From Candidatus Shapirobacteria bacterium (GTDB lineage Bacteria; Patescibacteriota; Microgenomatia; UBA12405), in contig JAUYJS010000005.1 in assembly GCA_030698565.1 (NCBI GenBank), positions 10,607 to 74,606 of the forward strand: a stretch of 64,000 nucleotides of DNA. The letters run 5' to 3'. The notes below the pieces were generated by a model. It was not told the origin of the DNA. It was given only the letters and a program-made list of their open reading frames with translations, and did not search any database. Below, one piece after another: positions 38,086 to 47,910 of the stretch (the first letter of the stretch is position 1; each line of letters begins with the position of its first letter). Made by a program: the position numbers and the translations under genes.

Positions 38086-39828
38086 TTGTTAGAATATTTT
38101 ATGTCTCAGAAAAAAAATAAGGCCTTAAGAAAGCAGCAAAAAATTGAAGTAGCTATTCCGGTTAATGTGGTTGATAATAATCTTGGTTTTTTTAAAAAAA
38201 TCAAGGATAATTGGAAGTTTTTGGTAGTTTTATGCTTAGGGATTATTGCTTTGTATTGGAACTCATTGCACGGAGCTTTTGTGTCTGATGATTATGCATC
38301 GATTCCTCAAAATCCGCTAATAACTAACTTTAGTGTTGGAGTTGGTGGTTTATTGGTTGGAATTTCCAATTGGTTAATTGCTGTCATTTTTGGTACTGTC
38401 AATCCTTTTTACTATCATTTGCTTAGTCTTTTATTTTATCTGCTGACTTGTTTGGTGGCTTTTGTACTTGTATCTATTATTTTTAATGAAATTATTGCCA
38501 AATATACACTTATTATTTTTGCTGTTTTACCTGTACATGTAGAGGCGGTCACTTGGATTTCGGGTAAACCTTATCTTTTTAACGCTTTTTTTGTTTTACT
38601 TTCCTTAACTATTTTTGTTTTATTTTTGAAAACAGACAATAAAAAGTATTTATACTACTTATTAGCTTTATTGCCATTGACTTTTTTTGCGGAAAAAGTC
38701 AGATCGACAGCATTGTTATTGTTGGCCTTTTTGTATTTTATATCTTTTGAGACTAACTATAGAAAAAAAATTAGTTTATCAAAATTTTTTATTATTTTTA
38801 GTCTTTTGTTAATATTTTCCGGAATTATTTTGAGATCTCAAATAATTAACAGAGTACAAATTGTAAATTCTGGATACAACTTTTCAGGTGATGTTTTTTA
38901 TAATCCATTTTTTCAGTATCCAACAGCCATAGCAAAATATTTACAATTAATTTTTATTCCAACTGATTTAACTTTGTACCATACCATGTTTGTACTGCCA
39001 ATATGGTTAAACTGGGCCATTTTAATCAACTATTTAATTTTGGTTGTTTATTTTTATTTTAAAGATAAAAGATACTTTTTTGTACTCGCTTTTATCTTTG
39101 TTGCTACCGCTCCGTCAATGGCACCTATAAAAGTTAGTTGGTTAGTGGCCGAAAGGTATGTATTTTTGGGTTCTTTGGGATTTTGTTTGTTACTGGCCTT
39201 ACTTTTGGATAGTTTTAAAAAAAATAAAACACTACTACTTTCGGTATTTACTATATTTTTATTGTTACCTTATGCAGTATTAACTTTTTTGAGAAACATT
39301 GATTGGCAAACTAACCACAATTTATGGGTTAAAACTGTTCAAGTATCGCCAAATAGTCATAACGCTTGGAATAATATTGGTGACGATTACGATAAATTAA
39401 AACAATATGATAATGCCATCAAAGGATTTAGCCAATCGACTATTGTTAAGCCAGATTATGCTGATGCCTATCACAACAGAGCAAACATTTTTTATAAAAC
39501 AGGAAGGTTGGACTTGGCTATAGATAGCTATGAAACGGCGTTAAAATATTCACCTACCCTTTACCAAACACATACTAGTTTGGTTCAAATAGGGTTGATG
39601 ATGAAGGATTACAAATTGGCTATTGATCATGCTAAAAAATTGATAGAAATTCAAAATAATAACCCAACATCATATTACATTTATGGAATAGTAATGCTGC
39701 AGACCGAACAAATAGATGAAGCCAAAAATGCAATGGAAATGGCATTAAAGATCTACCCTGAGTATAAACAAGCCAAGGATGTTTTAATGCAATTGAAACA
39801 ATCTACTGTACCGGAAACACAGAGATAA
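38086..39828 (+). CDS. TMTC-like membrane glycosyltransferase: an N-terminal polytopic DUF1736-type GT-C domain and C-terminal TPR repeats.
   Basis: First loop HGAFVSDDYASIPQNP (F.FDD..AI..N-like). About 11 TM helices. The C-terminal roughly 170 aa are TPR-like (AWNNIGDDYDKLKQYDNAIKGF..., AYHNRANIFYKTGRLDLAIDSYETALKYSP...). Confidence 0.65.
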   Translation: MLEYFMSQKKNKALRKQQKIEVAIPVNVVDNNLGFFKKIKDNWKFLVVLCLGIIALYWNSLHGAFVSDDYASIPQNPLITNFSVGVGGLLVGISNWLIAVIFGTVNPFYYHLLSLLFYLLTCLVAFVLVSIIFNEIIAKYTLIIFAVLPVHVEAVTWISGKPYLFNAFFVLLSLTIFVLFLKTDNKKYLYYLLALLPLTFFAEKVRSTALLLLAFLYFISFETNYRKKISLSKFFIIFSLLLIFSGIILRSQIINRVQIVNSGYNFSGDVFYNPFFQYPTAIAKYLQLIFIPTDLTLYHTMFVLPIWLNWAILINYLILVVYFYFKDKRYFFVLAFIFVATAPSMAPIKVSWLVAERYVFLGSLGFCLLLALLLDSFKKNKTLLLSVFTIFLLLPYAVLTFLRNIDWQTNHNLWVKTVQVSPNSHNAWNNIGDDYDKLKQYDNAIKGFSQSTIVKPDYADAYHNRANIFYKTGRLDLAIDSYETALKYSPTLYQTHTSLVQIGLMMKDYKLAIDHAKKLIEIQNNNPTSYYIYGIVMLQTEQIDEAKNAMEMALKIYPEYKQAKDVLMQLKQSTVPETQR

Positions 39829-39860
39829 CCAAAGTAGGTCCAGAAACTAGAAGTATATAG

Positions 39861-40538
39861 CTATTTTTTGGATTTCTGACACAAGCAAATTATACTTTGT
39901 CCAATAGTCGGTAATATTTTTGGAACGAGTTTTGATTGTATTTTTCCTTGAGGATGGAAATTAATTAAATCCGAAAAAATTTTTATTATATTAAAATTAT
40001 TTTCTTCGATTAATTTAGAAAGATTTTTGAATGTGAAATAGCGGATATGTCCAGAGCTATCAAGGCGATTAGGTGAAATTTCAATAATAGGATTCATACC
40101 AAGGAGTAACATTATACGCCGGGGCAATGAAGCTATGTTTGGCGTACTTAGAACAAGATAGCCATTCGGTTTTAATAAGCGATAAATTTCATTTAAAAAT
40201 TGATCAGTATCATATATGTGTTCGATAATCTCACCGGCAATAATAATATCAAAGCTTGATGATTTATAGGGAAATTTGTCGTCATTGAAAAAAAATTGAG
40301 TTACATTAATCCCCTTTTTTAAACAAGTTTTATAACCAAAATCGCTAGCTTCAACTCCGTAAAGAAAATTATCTGGAGGGAGAGAAGAAAGGAGTGTGCC
40401 GTCGAAGCAGCCGATATCAAGTATTTTTTGGTTGACGGGCTTTAAATTTTTGATTGCGTTTATCATTAACTTAACCCGATAGTTATTTTTGATATTTAAT
40501 TTTTTGTGTCGATAAAGGTGTTTGTAAATATTTTTCAT
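39861..40538 (-). CDS. Class I SAM-dependent methyltransferase.
   Basis: ILDIGCFDGTLL, FDIIIAGEIIEHIYD, LKPNGYLVLSTPN. Confidence 0.75.
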   Translation of the reverse strand: MKNIYKHLYRHKKLNIKNNYRVKLMINAIKNLKPVNQKILDIGCFDGTLLSSLPPDNFLYGVEASDFGYKTCLKKGINVTQFFFNDDKFPYKSSSFDIIIAGEIIEHIYDTDQFLNEIYRLLKPNGYLVLSTPNIASLPRRIMLLLGMNPIIEISPNRLDSSGHIRYFTFKNLSKLIEENNFNIIKIFSDLINFHPQGKIQSKLVPKILPTIGQSIICLCQKSKK

Positions 40539-40542
40539 GTCT

Positions 40543-41787
40543 TTAGTAGTTATAGTGTTTAATTTTAATAATTTGTTTGGAATAGTACCAGGAAAATACG
40601 ATAGCTGGAATTATCGGTACCATCATCGAATAAATAATATTTGTCAAACTTTGATGATAAAACAAAATCAGGATAGTCTGAGTTAAAACTGTTATACCAG
40701 AAACAAAAGCAGAAGACGAATTTTGCTGTGATAAAAGAAATTGAATCAGAAAATAAAAAATAGACAAAAAAAACATAAAAATTGATAGTAATGGCAACAT
40801 ATTTGCTGCAGCAATGAATTTGGTACCAAAAAGAAGACTGAGGATTAATGAAGGGTATAAACTATAGATCAACACAAATCCTGCGCAGACCAGTACAATG
40901 AACATCATACCGGTTAATAAAAGTTTATTAAGGTGTCTTTTATTGTCGTTTTGGTTAAATAATGGATAGTATACAATTAGAATTGCGGTTGAAAAAAAGA
41001 AAATTATTTTACTTACTAAAGAAATGGCCGCATAGCTACCAGCGGACGATTCAGATAGAAAATATCGAGCAATAATTGTATCTTGATTAATAATAATTGT
41101 TAGAAAAAAATTTGTTACAAGGCTAAGAAATGAAAATGAGGCCAATTTTTTTAAGGATACAGAAAATTGTTTGGCTGTATTCTTAGACAATTGTCTGTTG
41201 ATAATTATTGCTGAGATTATAGCGGTGAAAGCGTAAGATAGGCTGAGCGAAAGATTGGAAACAATGTCTGAAAATCCAAGATGAAAAAAAATAAATATAA
41301 AGAATATTTTGGATAAAGAAAAAAAAATGCCCAACAATAGAAAAGTAAATATTTTAAATTGAGCCTGCAAAATAGATTGATAAAAAATCAGATAAAATGA
41401 TGAGATTATTTGAATAAGAAATAATAGGTAAATAAAAAAATTTTCGTTTTTAAGTATTGAATTAAAAACTGGATACCCGATACTTAATATAAGAGTTAGC
41501 ACAAAAGACATGGCAATTAGTTTATTTTGAAAAAATAGAATAATGCTGGAAATTTTTTTGGGTGAATTATGTGTGATCTGATTAATTATTACAGGACCAA
41601 TGGCACCTGTTAAAACACTAGTAATGGCAAATAAGCCAATGAAACTTTCTAACTGTCCAAAATTATTTACGCTAAGAATCTTGCCACTTAGGAAATGGAA
41701 AAGGTAATTTAAAATAGCTGCAATCATATTGCCAAATAAAGCTATTAAAGTTAATTTGTTTGTTTTTGAAAATAAATTAAATTTCAT
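40543..41787 (-). CDS. Polysaccharide biosynthesis (Wzx-like, MOP superfamily) flippase candidate.
   Basis: 414 aa with about 12 TM helices. The N-terminal LIALFGNMIAAILNYLFHFLSGKILSVNNFGQLESF is like Wzx/RfbX N-termini. Confidence 0.5.
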   Translation of the reverse strand: MKFNLFSKTNKLTLIALFGNMIAAILNYLFHFLSGKILSVNNFGQLESFIGLFAITSVLTGAIGPVIINQITHNSPKKISSIILFFQNKLIAMSFVLTLILSIGYPVFNSILKNENFFIYLLFLIQIISSFYLIFYQSILQAQFKIFTFLLLGIFFSLSKIFFIFIFFHLGFSDIVSNLSLSLSYAFTAIISAIIINRQLSKNTAKQFSVSLKKLASFSFLSLVTNFFLTIIINQDTIIARYFLSESSAGSYAAISLVSKIIFFFSTAILIVYYPLFNQNDNKRHLNKLLLTGMMFIVLVCAGFVLIYSLYPSLILSLLFGTKFIAAANMLPLLSIFMFFLSIFYFLIQFLLSQQNSSSAFVSGITVLTQTILILFYHQSLTNIIYSMMVPIIPAIVFSWYYSKQIIKIKHYNY

Positions 41788-42929
41788 AAAATATTCACTA
41801 AAGTTCTGTATTCGAGAGCGGCAATGTGTTTCCAGCTATATTTATCTATCATTTTTTTGTCAATGATATTATGGTAGTCACCTGATTTTAGGGTTTTTAT
41901 TAATACTCTTGCTACTGAATTAGTATCGCCAATTTGAAAGCGGTATATTTCATTATTTTTATAAATATTATTGTAAGCCGGAAGATCGTAGGCAAAAGCT
42001 TTTAGTCCACAACAGACAGCTTCAAGAAGGGCGACTCCAAAACTTTCACTTTTGCTTTTACTTAAGAAGATAAATGTTTTAGAGCTTTTAATAAGTTTGA
42101 ACTTTTCGATACCGTCAATAAATCCAAGTAAAATAATATTTTTAGTTAATCTCATTTGTTTGATCCTATGACGAAATTTTGTTTCCGTAGGCTTATCACC
42201 CTTGCCTATAATAGCTAATTTAAATTTTGGGTATTCTATTTTAATCTTACTTACTACATCTAACATATCAAAAATACCTTTGGTTTCGTTGATTCGCCCG
42301 ATATATATTGAATCATATTTCAAAGTGTTTGGTGCAATTGTTTTTTTAATCAAATCTCCTTCAACGGCGTTTCCAGTGATAGTAACTTTGTTTAGGCTAA
42401 ATCCGTGGGTTATTAGGTAATTTTTGAGTTCTGGAGAAATAGCAAAAATATTATCGGTTTTTTTTAGTAAGAGTAGACTAATATGAAAAAAAAGCCAGGC
42501 CAGAAAACGGATTAATTTAGGTCCTGGGTCATTTAAAGGAACTATGTTGTCGAAGACAGCAACCCATTTAATGTGTTTATCAATAAGTTTTAAAGCGAAC
42601 GGTAATATACAAAGATCAAGTACGGAAAGGCTGTAAACATAATCATATTTTTGGAATTTAATAGAATTTAATAAACCGATAATCTTGATATTTCTTTTTA
42701 ATGATTCTTTCAAAAATTCTGTTTTAGTAAATGCTTCCCGAGTATTTTTGATGATCAAGAAATTGAAATTAGAATTTGGGCTTAATCTATTGATCTTATT
42801 TTTTACTTTTGTGCTGCTACAAATAACTATTGTTAACCCCTGTTTTTGATAATAAAGGCATTTTAAAATTGTAGGTGTAAGGTTGGCAGATTCCGGGGTG
42901 GTTACTAAATTAATTAGTATTTTTTTCAT
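41784..42929 (-). CDS. Glycosyltransferase, GT4.
   Basis: ESFGVALLEAVCCGLKAFAYDLPAYNNIY. Confidence 0.7.
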   Translation of the reverse strand: MKKILINLVTTPESANLTPTILKCLYYQKQGLTIVICSSTKVKNKINRLSPNSNFNFLIIKNTREAFTKTEFLKESLKRNIKIIGLLNSIKFQKYDYVYSLSVLDLCILPFALKLIDKHIKWVAVFDNIVPLNDPGPKLIRFLAWLFFHISLLLLKKTDNIFAISPELKNYLITHGFSLNKVTITGNAVEGDLIKKTIAPNTLKYDSIYIGRINETKGIFDMLDVVSKIKIEYPKFKLAIIGKGDKPTETKFRHRIKQMRLTKNIILLGFIDGIEKFKLIKSSKTFIFLSKSKSESFGVALLEAVCCGLKAFAYDLPAYNNIYKNNEIYRFQIGDTNSVARVLIKTLKSGDYHNIIDKKMIDKYSWKHIAALEYRTLVNIL

Positions 42930-43584
42930 TATTTTTTACACAAACAAATATTAGGTTGTAACCCAATATTGATCCAAAGAAAGGTAATAGTTTGATTAGA
43001 CCACCAAAACGGTTGGACGAATACTTGATTTTGTTTATTTTAAGTCCAGAGGATTCGATTAGCTTTTTGGCTGTACTGACTGTATAAAGATGCATGTGAG
43101 TATTGTCGAGAATTCCACATCGAGTATAATTAAACCGGCCCAATAGTAAATTGATTCTGATTGACAGATGAGCAACATTTGGTAAAGAAATAATTACCTT
43201 GCCTCTAGTTTTCAAAGATTTAATTAAAATCTTTAATACTTTTTTAGGAAAATTTAGGTGTTCTAAAATATCAGCAAAAACTAAAATGTCAAAGGATTCT
43301 GATGGGAATAATCGGTTTAGCTTGCGAGTATTATTTAGGTTTACGCCTAAATAATTTTTATAACCATTATTTAATACCTTGAGGGCGTATTCGTGGGATT
43401 TATCAATGCCGTATAGGATATTTGACTGGTCTAAAAAATTTTTTAAATAACCGTAATTACAACCGATGTCCAGAATTTTTTTATTTTTGGTAATCTCTTC
43501 TGCAATCAGACGATGTGTGCCATAAGGTAGGGTGTTTGGTCCGTAATTGGTTTGCATATTATATTGTCTGCTTACCGGCAGCAA
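42910..43584 (-). CDS. Class I SAM-dependent methyltransferase.
   Basis: ILDIGCNYGYLKNFL, FDILVFADILEHLNFP, KTRGKVIISLPN. Confidence 0.75.
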   Translation of the reverse strand: MLPVSRQYNMQTNYGPNTLPYGTHRLIAEEITKNKKILDIGCNYGYLKNFLDQSNILYGIDKSHEYALKVLNNGYKNYLGVNLNNTRKLNRLFPSESFDILVFADILEHLNFPKKVLKILIKSLKTRGKVIISLPNVAHLSIRINLLLGRFNYTRCGILDNTHMHLYTVSTAKKLIESSGLKINKIKYSSNRFGGLIKLLPFFGSILGYNLIFVCVKNNEKNTN

Positions 43585-44542
43585 AAGATTTAATTGTAGA
43601 ATAAATATTGGACATAAAAAGGGCGATATTTACTAGTGGTAAAAATATTCTATGTTTATCTTTTATAAGAAATAATCTCCAATTATAGAAAAAAATATAT
43701 AATATAAATAAAAGAACAGAAAGGGGTCTGGTGTAATAAAAAACAAGTCCTAGTAAAATTACTTCCCTAAAAAAAGATTTATAGATTGGAATGAATGGAC
43801 CGTGAAGCCTTAATAAGACACCTTTGGTTTCAGCCAATTGCATTTCTTTTTTAAGTAGATTTCTAAACGAAAAATTTTTTTGAGTATTGTGAATATGAAT
43901 TACTTTTATGCCGCTTTTTATGGATTTAAAACCGTGTTTTTTGCTTTGAATAATCATTTCAATGTCTTCACCAGCAGTACGAAAATGTTTGGTGTCAAAC
44001 AAGCCGATATTGATTAATTTTTGTCGATTAAAACAATCAAATTTTTGAATCGGTAAACTGTGTATGACATTTACATATCGAGAAAATAAACATTTTTGCC
44101 AAAAATTATATTGATTCCAAATCCTTTTTGGGTGCAAAATAGTTGGATACGCACAAAATAGATCTTTATCAGTAAAAATTTTAGCCAGAATTCCAAAGCT
44201 ATTTTTATTGGTAATTAATATATCTTGATGCATAATAATAACCATCTGGGACTTGGATTTTATTATGGCTTGATTGTAACTTTGTGCCAAACCTTTTGGA
44301 TACTTGTGTTTTATTACGGATACAGTGTAATTAGATGTTTTTATAAATTCTCGGATATTGTCGACAGAGTTGTCGGTGGAACCATCGTTGATGATAATGA
44401 TTTGAGAGACCAAGTCTTGATGGGTTTGGTCTTTGAGTGATTCAAGGGTTTTGGTTAAGGTTGATGAGCCGTTGTGTACAGGAATTACTATGGTAAAAAG
44501 TCTTTTATGTTCATGCATATGGTAATTAGTATAGCCTATCAA
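43559..44542 (-). CDS. GT2 glycosyltransferase with C-terminal TM helices (GtrB/ArnC-type polyprenyl-phosphate glycosyltransferase candidate).
   Basis: FTIVIPVHNGSSTLTKTLESL...IIINDGSTDNS. C-terminal hydrophobic VILLGLVFYYTRPLSVLLFILYIFFY. Confidence 0.7.
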   Translation of the reverse strand: MIGYTNYHMHEHKRLFTIVIPVHNGSSTLTKTLESLKDQTHQDLVSQIIIINDGSTDNSVDNIREFIKTSNYTVSVIKHKYPKGLAQSYNQAIIKSKSQMVIIMHQDILITNKNSFGILAKIFTDKDLFCAYPTILHPKRIWNQYNFWQKCLFSRYVNVIHSLPIQKFDCFNRQKLINIGLFDTKHFRTAGEDIEMIIQSKKHGFKSIKSGIKVIHIHNTQKNFSFRNLLKKEMQLAETKGVLLRLHGPFIPIYKSFFREVILLGLVFYYTRPLSVLLFILYIFFYNWRLFLIKDKHRIFLPLVNIALFMSNIYSTIKSFAAGKQTI

Positions 44543-44598
44543 TTAACCATTCCACGCCGTTTTTGTATGGGGTATAACAATTAGAACAAATTGGCATT

Positions 44599-45999
44599 TT
44601 ATTTAAGAATGTAGGGTTTTCTGGACGAAACACCTTTAAAAATTAAATATATTAAATCTTTAAAATCATTTTTTATTTTATTAAAAGAAGTGAAGTCTTC
44701 CAAAATTTTTTTAATAATTATTCGTGGTTGAAAATAAAATTTACGATTAATTTCTTGTAATTGTGAATATACATATTTTTTGCTTAGTCCTTTAGGTATA
44801 TAAACTGGATAAATTCCCGTATAACCCTCACCTCTTTTTTTAAGTGCATATTGATTAATATATTTTTGGGAAATTACTTTTTCTTTTTTAGCGATATTGT
44901 ATAAAGGTGACCCTGGAAAAGGAATAGGTATGGATAATCCTAAAACGTTTATTGGAGATTTTAAAATCATTCTTTTAGTATCATCTATTTCCTTCTTGGT
45001 CTCCGAGGGGTGTCCAATCATGAAGTAACAAGCAATTTTTATTTTATATTTTTGGCACCACTCAAAAACTTGATAAATAGTTTGATTGGTAAACAAACCT
45101 TTGTGAATAATTTCTTGCCTAACTCTTTCATTACCAGATTCAATTCCAAAATTTATTTGTTGACAACCAGCCTGACTCATTATTTTTAATAGCTTCTGAT
45201 TTACTAGATCAATTCTAGTATTACATTCCCAATATATTTTTATTTTTTCTTTTATTATTTTTTTGCAAAAATTGGTTACTTTTTTTTGATTTAAGGTAAA
45301 AGTGTCGTCTTGAAAATTAATTTTGCCGTTACAAAACGAATAACAATATTTAATTTCTTTAATTAAATTAGAAACAGATCGATAACGGACGGCTTTACTT
45401 ATGGAGGGGCGACTGCAATAGTAACAATTAAAAGGACAACCTCGAGAAAAAAGCATTGATTCTGGTTGGTTGTACAAAGATCTTTTAATTAACTTTTTGT
45501 CTGGAATAGGTAATTTATCTAAATCGATTGGAATTTGACTGTTTTGAATTTTAGGAATTTTTTTATTTTTAGATAAACTAATGATTGAATCTAAAAATGT
45601 AATTTCTGATTCCCCGGTGATTGCATAATCAAAGAGTTTTGAATGTTTATTTATAAAATCAGGATCAGCACTAATATGAGGACCACCTAAAAAAATAATT
45701 GATTTCGGAAAAACATTTTTTATGTTTTGGGCTAATTCAATGGCTCCTTGTAGTTGAGGAGTCATTGAGGAAATACCAATAATAAATGGTTCCTTTTTTT
45801 TAATTATTGAGATAATTTCGTTTAAATTGATATTTTCTTTACCTATATCAATGATTTCTGAACGGAATTTTTTTTTAGCGTAATAGTTAATATATGAAGA
45901 TAGATATAATAAACCAAGTGGTGGGACGGAAACATCTAGGGATTTTGGGACTCCATTTTGAAAAAAAAGTGGAGGATTAAATAATAATATTTTTTTCAT
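44599..45999 (-). CDS. Cobalamin-binding radical SAM enzyme (class B): an N-terminal B12-binding-like domain and a radical SAM core.
   Basis: SRGCPFNCYYCS (CX3CX2C) at about residue 185. The N-terminal roughly 150 aa are Rossmann-like (IIGISSMTPQLQGAIELAQNIK..FLGGPHIS). 466 aa. Confidence 0.75.
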   Translation of the reverse strand: MKKILLFNPPLFFQNGVPKSLDVSVPPLGLLYLSSYINYYAKKKFRSEIIDIGKENINLNEIISIIKKKEPFIIGISSMTPQLQGAIELAQNIKNVFPKSIIFLGGPHISADPDFINKHSKLFDYAITGESEITFLDSIISLSKNKKIPKIQNSQIPIDLDKLPIPDKKLIKRSLYNQPESMLFSRGCPFNCYYCSRPSISKAVRYRSVSNLIKEIKYCYSFCNGKINFQDDTFTLNQKKVTNFCKKIIKEKIKIYWECNTRIDLVNQKLLKIMSQAGCQQINFGIESGNERVRQEIIHKGLFTNQTIYQVFEWCQKYKIKIACYFMIGHPSETKKEIDDTKRMILKSPINVLGLSIPIPFPGSPLYNIAKKEKVISQKYINQYALKKRGEGYTGIYPVYIPKGLSKKYVYSQLQEINRKFYFQPRIIIKKILEDFTSFNKIKNDFKDLIYLIFKGVSSRKPYILK

Positions 46000-46952
46000 T
46001 TCTTTTGATAAATTGCATTTAATTGGACACCGGTTGAATTATTATTGATGTCTATTTTTTCTATTTTCCACCATAATTTATTACTAATAATACTTGTTTT
46101 TTCTAAAAATAGTTGAAGGAATTTGATTAAATGTCCGTTGTAAAAGTTTGTTTTGAGTTGAAAATTAAATTCTTTTAGAAGTTTGTTTAATTGTTTAATA
46201 GAATAATGTCTTTTGTGACCAATTTTAATATCATTAAAATAATAAAATGGCCAAATAAACGGCCATATTTTTAAATATGTATTAGGAACACAAATATATA
46301 AAAACTTGTTCTTTTTTAAAATATATTTGATCTGATTTATGGCTTTTTTGTCATCTTCTAAGTGTTCAAGTAATGAAATGGCGGATATGTAATCAAAAAT
46401 ATTTTTTTTGAATGGTAGGTTTTGGGCTGATGATACTACAAAAGCGGTTTTACTACCGACATTTTGAATTTCAGCAAAATGTTGAGATTTAATCATGGCT
46501 TCGAGAGAAATATCAACTCCAAAACTTAACCAATTATTTTGTTTGGCGGCCTCAATAACGGTATAGCCTGTGGCTCCACAACCAATATCTAGATAGGTTT
46601 TAATTTTTTTTGAAAATTTTTGTTTAAAAATTCGATTCAACATACTTATTCGCCAGTTTTCGAGTTGATTTTTGTCTTTAAATTGAGAATAATGCTTATC
46701 AAACCAAATTGTTTGTTTTTTTTCTTGTGGATCAAGATTTTTTTTGTTGATTAATACGGGGATATTATTAATTATTGGATATGATTGAGAGCATTTTGGA
46801 CAAGTAAGTTTTTTTGGACTAATTAATTTAAGGTCCTGGTTATTGCAATAAGGACAGGCTAAAAATGTTAACAATTTATTTATTTCCATAGGAGTAATTG
46901 AATTTAATGTGTTTAAGAGTTTGTGAATAAATATAATTTTTATACCAATCAA
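45996..46952 (-). CDS. Class I SAM-dependent methyltransferase with an N-terminal Zn-ribbon (Trm112-like CxxC...CxxC).
   Basis: CPYCNNQDL...CPKCSQSY, then YLDIGCGATGYTVIEAA, DYISAISLLEHLED. The probable true start is the internal Met (MEINKLL, about 46889). Confidence 0.7.
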   Translation of the reverse strand: MIGIKIIFIHKLLNTLNSITPMEINKLLTFLACPYCNNQDLKLISPKKLTCPKCSQSYPIINNIPVLINKKNLDPQEKKQTIWFDKHYSQFKDKNQLENWRISMLNRIFKQKFSKKIKTYLDIGCGATGYTVIEAAKQNNWLSFGVDISLEAMIKSQHFAEIQNVGSKTAFVVSSAQNLPFKKNIFDYISAISLLEHLEDDKKAINQIKYILKKNKFLYICVPNTYLKIWPFIWPFYYFNDIKIGHKRHYSIKQLNKLLKEFNFQLKTNFYNGHLIKFLQLFLEKTSIISNKLWWKIEKIDINNNSTGVQLNAIYQKK

Positions 46953-47910
46953 CTAGTGGAATCAAAATGCTTGGGGGTACGATTATGCAGCCAATGGAAA
47001 AAAACCAGAAAGCAGAATTAAATATGTTTTGCCATTTAAATTTAATTAGATACCAAATTTCCCGGAGAAAGTAAGAATACTTGGCGTAATTGCGAAGTTG
47101 AACTAATCCTACATAATTTTTGGCAATGAAATCAGCTATTAGGTATTTTTTGATTTTTTCGAATTTTTTTTCTGAGTAAACACTACTAACCATTTCTACC
47201 CAGCTTTGCATTGGAGATTTATTGTAAATAGAAGAAAGTTTACGTGTTTGGCTACTACTGATACGTACGGCAATATTGTAGTCTTTTAGAAACACTACCG
47301 GGTGCTTTTTGAAGATAGAGGCGAATGGATAAATATGACAAGGGAAAATATCCTGATGGAATGGCATATCCATATATTTTCTCCTGTAAGCCAAGCCAGA
47401 CAGTTGGTCTAGTGTTTCGAAAACTTTGATGACCTTTTTGGGGTTGTCAGAAATTCTAATGATGGAGTCTTTTTTGGGATTAAGTTGACCCTTGGCTCTA
47501 ACTGGAACCGTGATATCTTTATCGAACCAAAAGTATGGCCTGGTGACTGCTCCAATATTGTTGGAAATTGAAAAAGCTTTGATGGTATTTAATAAGGTGT
47601 CGTTGGCCATGATATCGTCTTGTCCCATTAGATAAATAATGTCGGCAGTTGCTAATTGTCGGCACCTTTCTAGATTGTCGGAATAGCCTAAATTGTTTTT
47701 GTAATCATGAATTATAAGGCGCTTATCTTTAATTTTTTTGAGAATAGCTACGGTATTGTCTTTTGAAGCATCGTCACCAACAATTATCCTAAAATTAGGG
47801 TAACTTTGAAATAAAATGCTTTTGAGTGTTGGAAAAATATATTTAGAACCGTTGTATGTGGGAATTAGAATATCAATAGTTATTTTTTTATTTTGGTTTA
47901 TTGTTGCCAT
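46876..47910 (-). CDS. Glycosyltransferase, GT2.
   Basis: IDILIPTYNGSKYIFPTLKSI...IIVGDDASKDNT. Confidence 0.75.
   Translation of the reverse strand: MATINQNKKITIDILIPTYNGSKYIFPTLKSILFQSYPNFRIIVGDDASKDNTVAILKKIKDKRLIIHDYKNNLGYSDNLERCRQLATADIIYLMGQDDIMANDTLLNTIKAFSISNNIGAVTRPYFWFDKDITVPVRAKGQLNPKKDSIIRISDNPKKVIKVFETLDQLSGLAYRRKYMDMPFHQDIFPCHIYPFASIFKKHPVVFLKDYNIAVRISSSQTRKLSSIYNKSPMQSWVEMVSSVYSEKKFEKIKKYLIADFIAKNYVGLVQLRNYAKYSYFLREIWYLIKFKWQNIFNSAFWFFSIGCIIVPPSILIPLVDWYKNYIYSQTLKHIKFNYSYGNK

Noticed and set aside
39829-39860. Convergent intergenic region after the TMTC-like gene, checked for a rho-independent terminator (CAGAAA...TTTCTG).
   Set aside because: The stem is only 6 bp with a 26-nt loop and has no adjacent T-run, so it is not convincing.
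45996-46952. Large ORF overlaps (77-92 bp) at 46876/46952, 52275/52366 and 28426/28487, considered as frameshifts or pseudogenes.
   Set aside because: In each case an internal Met just before the conserved N-terminal motif gives a normal 4-14 bp overlap. These are start-codon over-extensions by the ORF caller, not gene damage.
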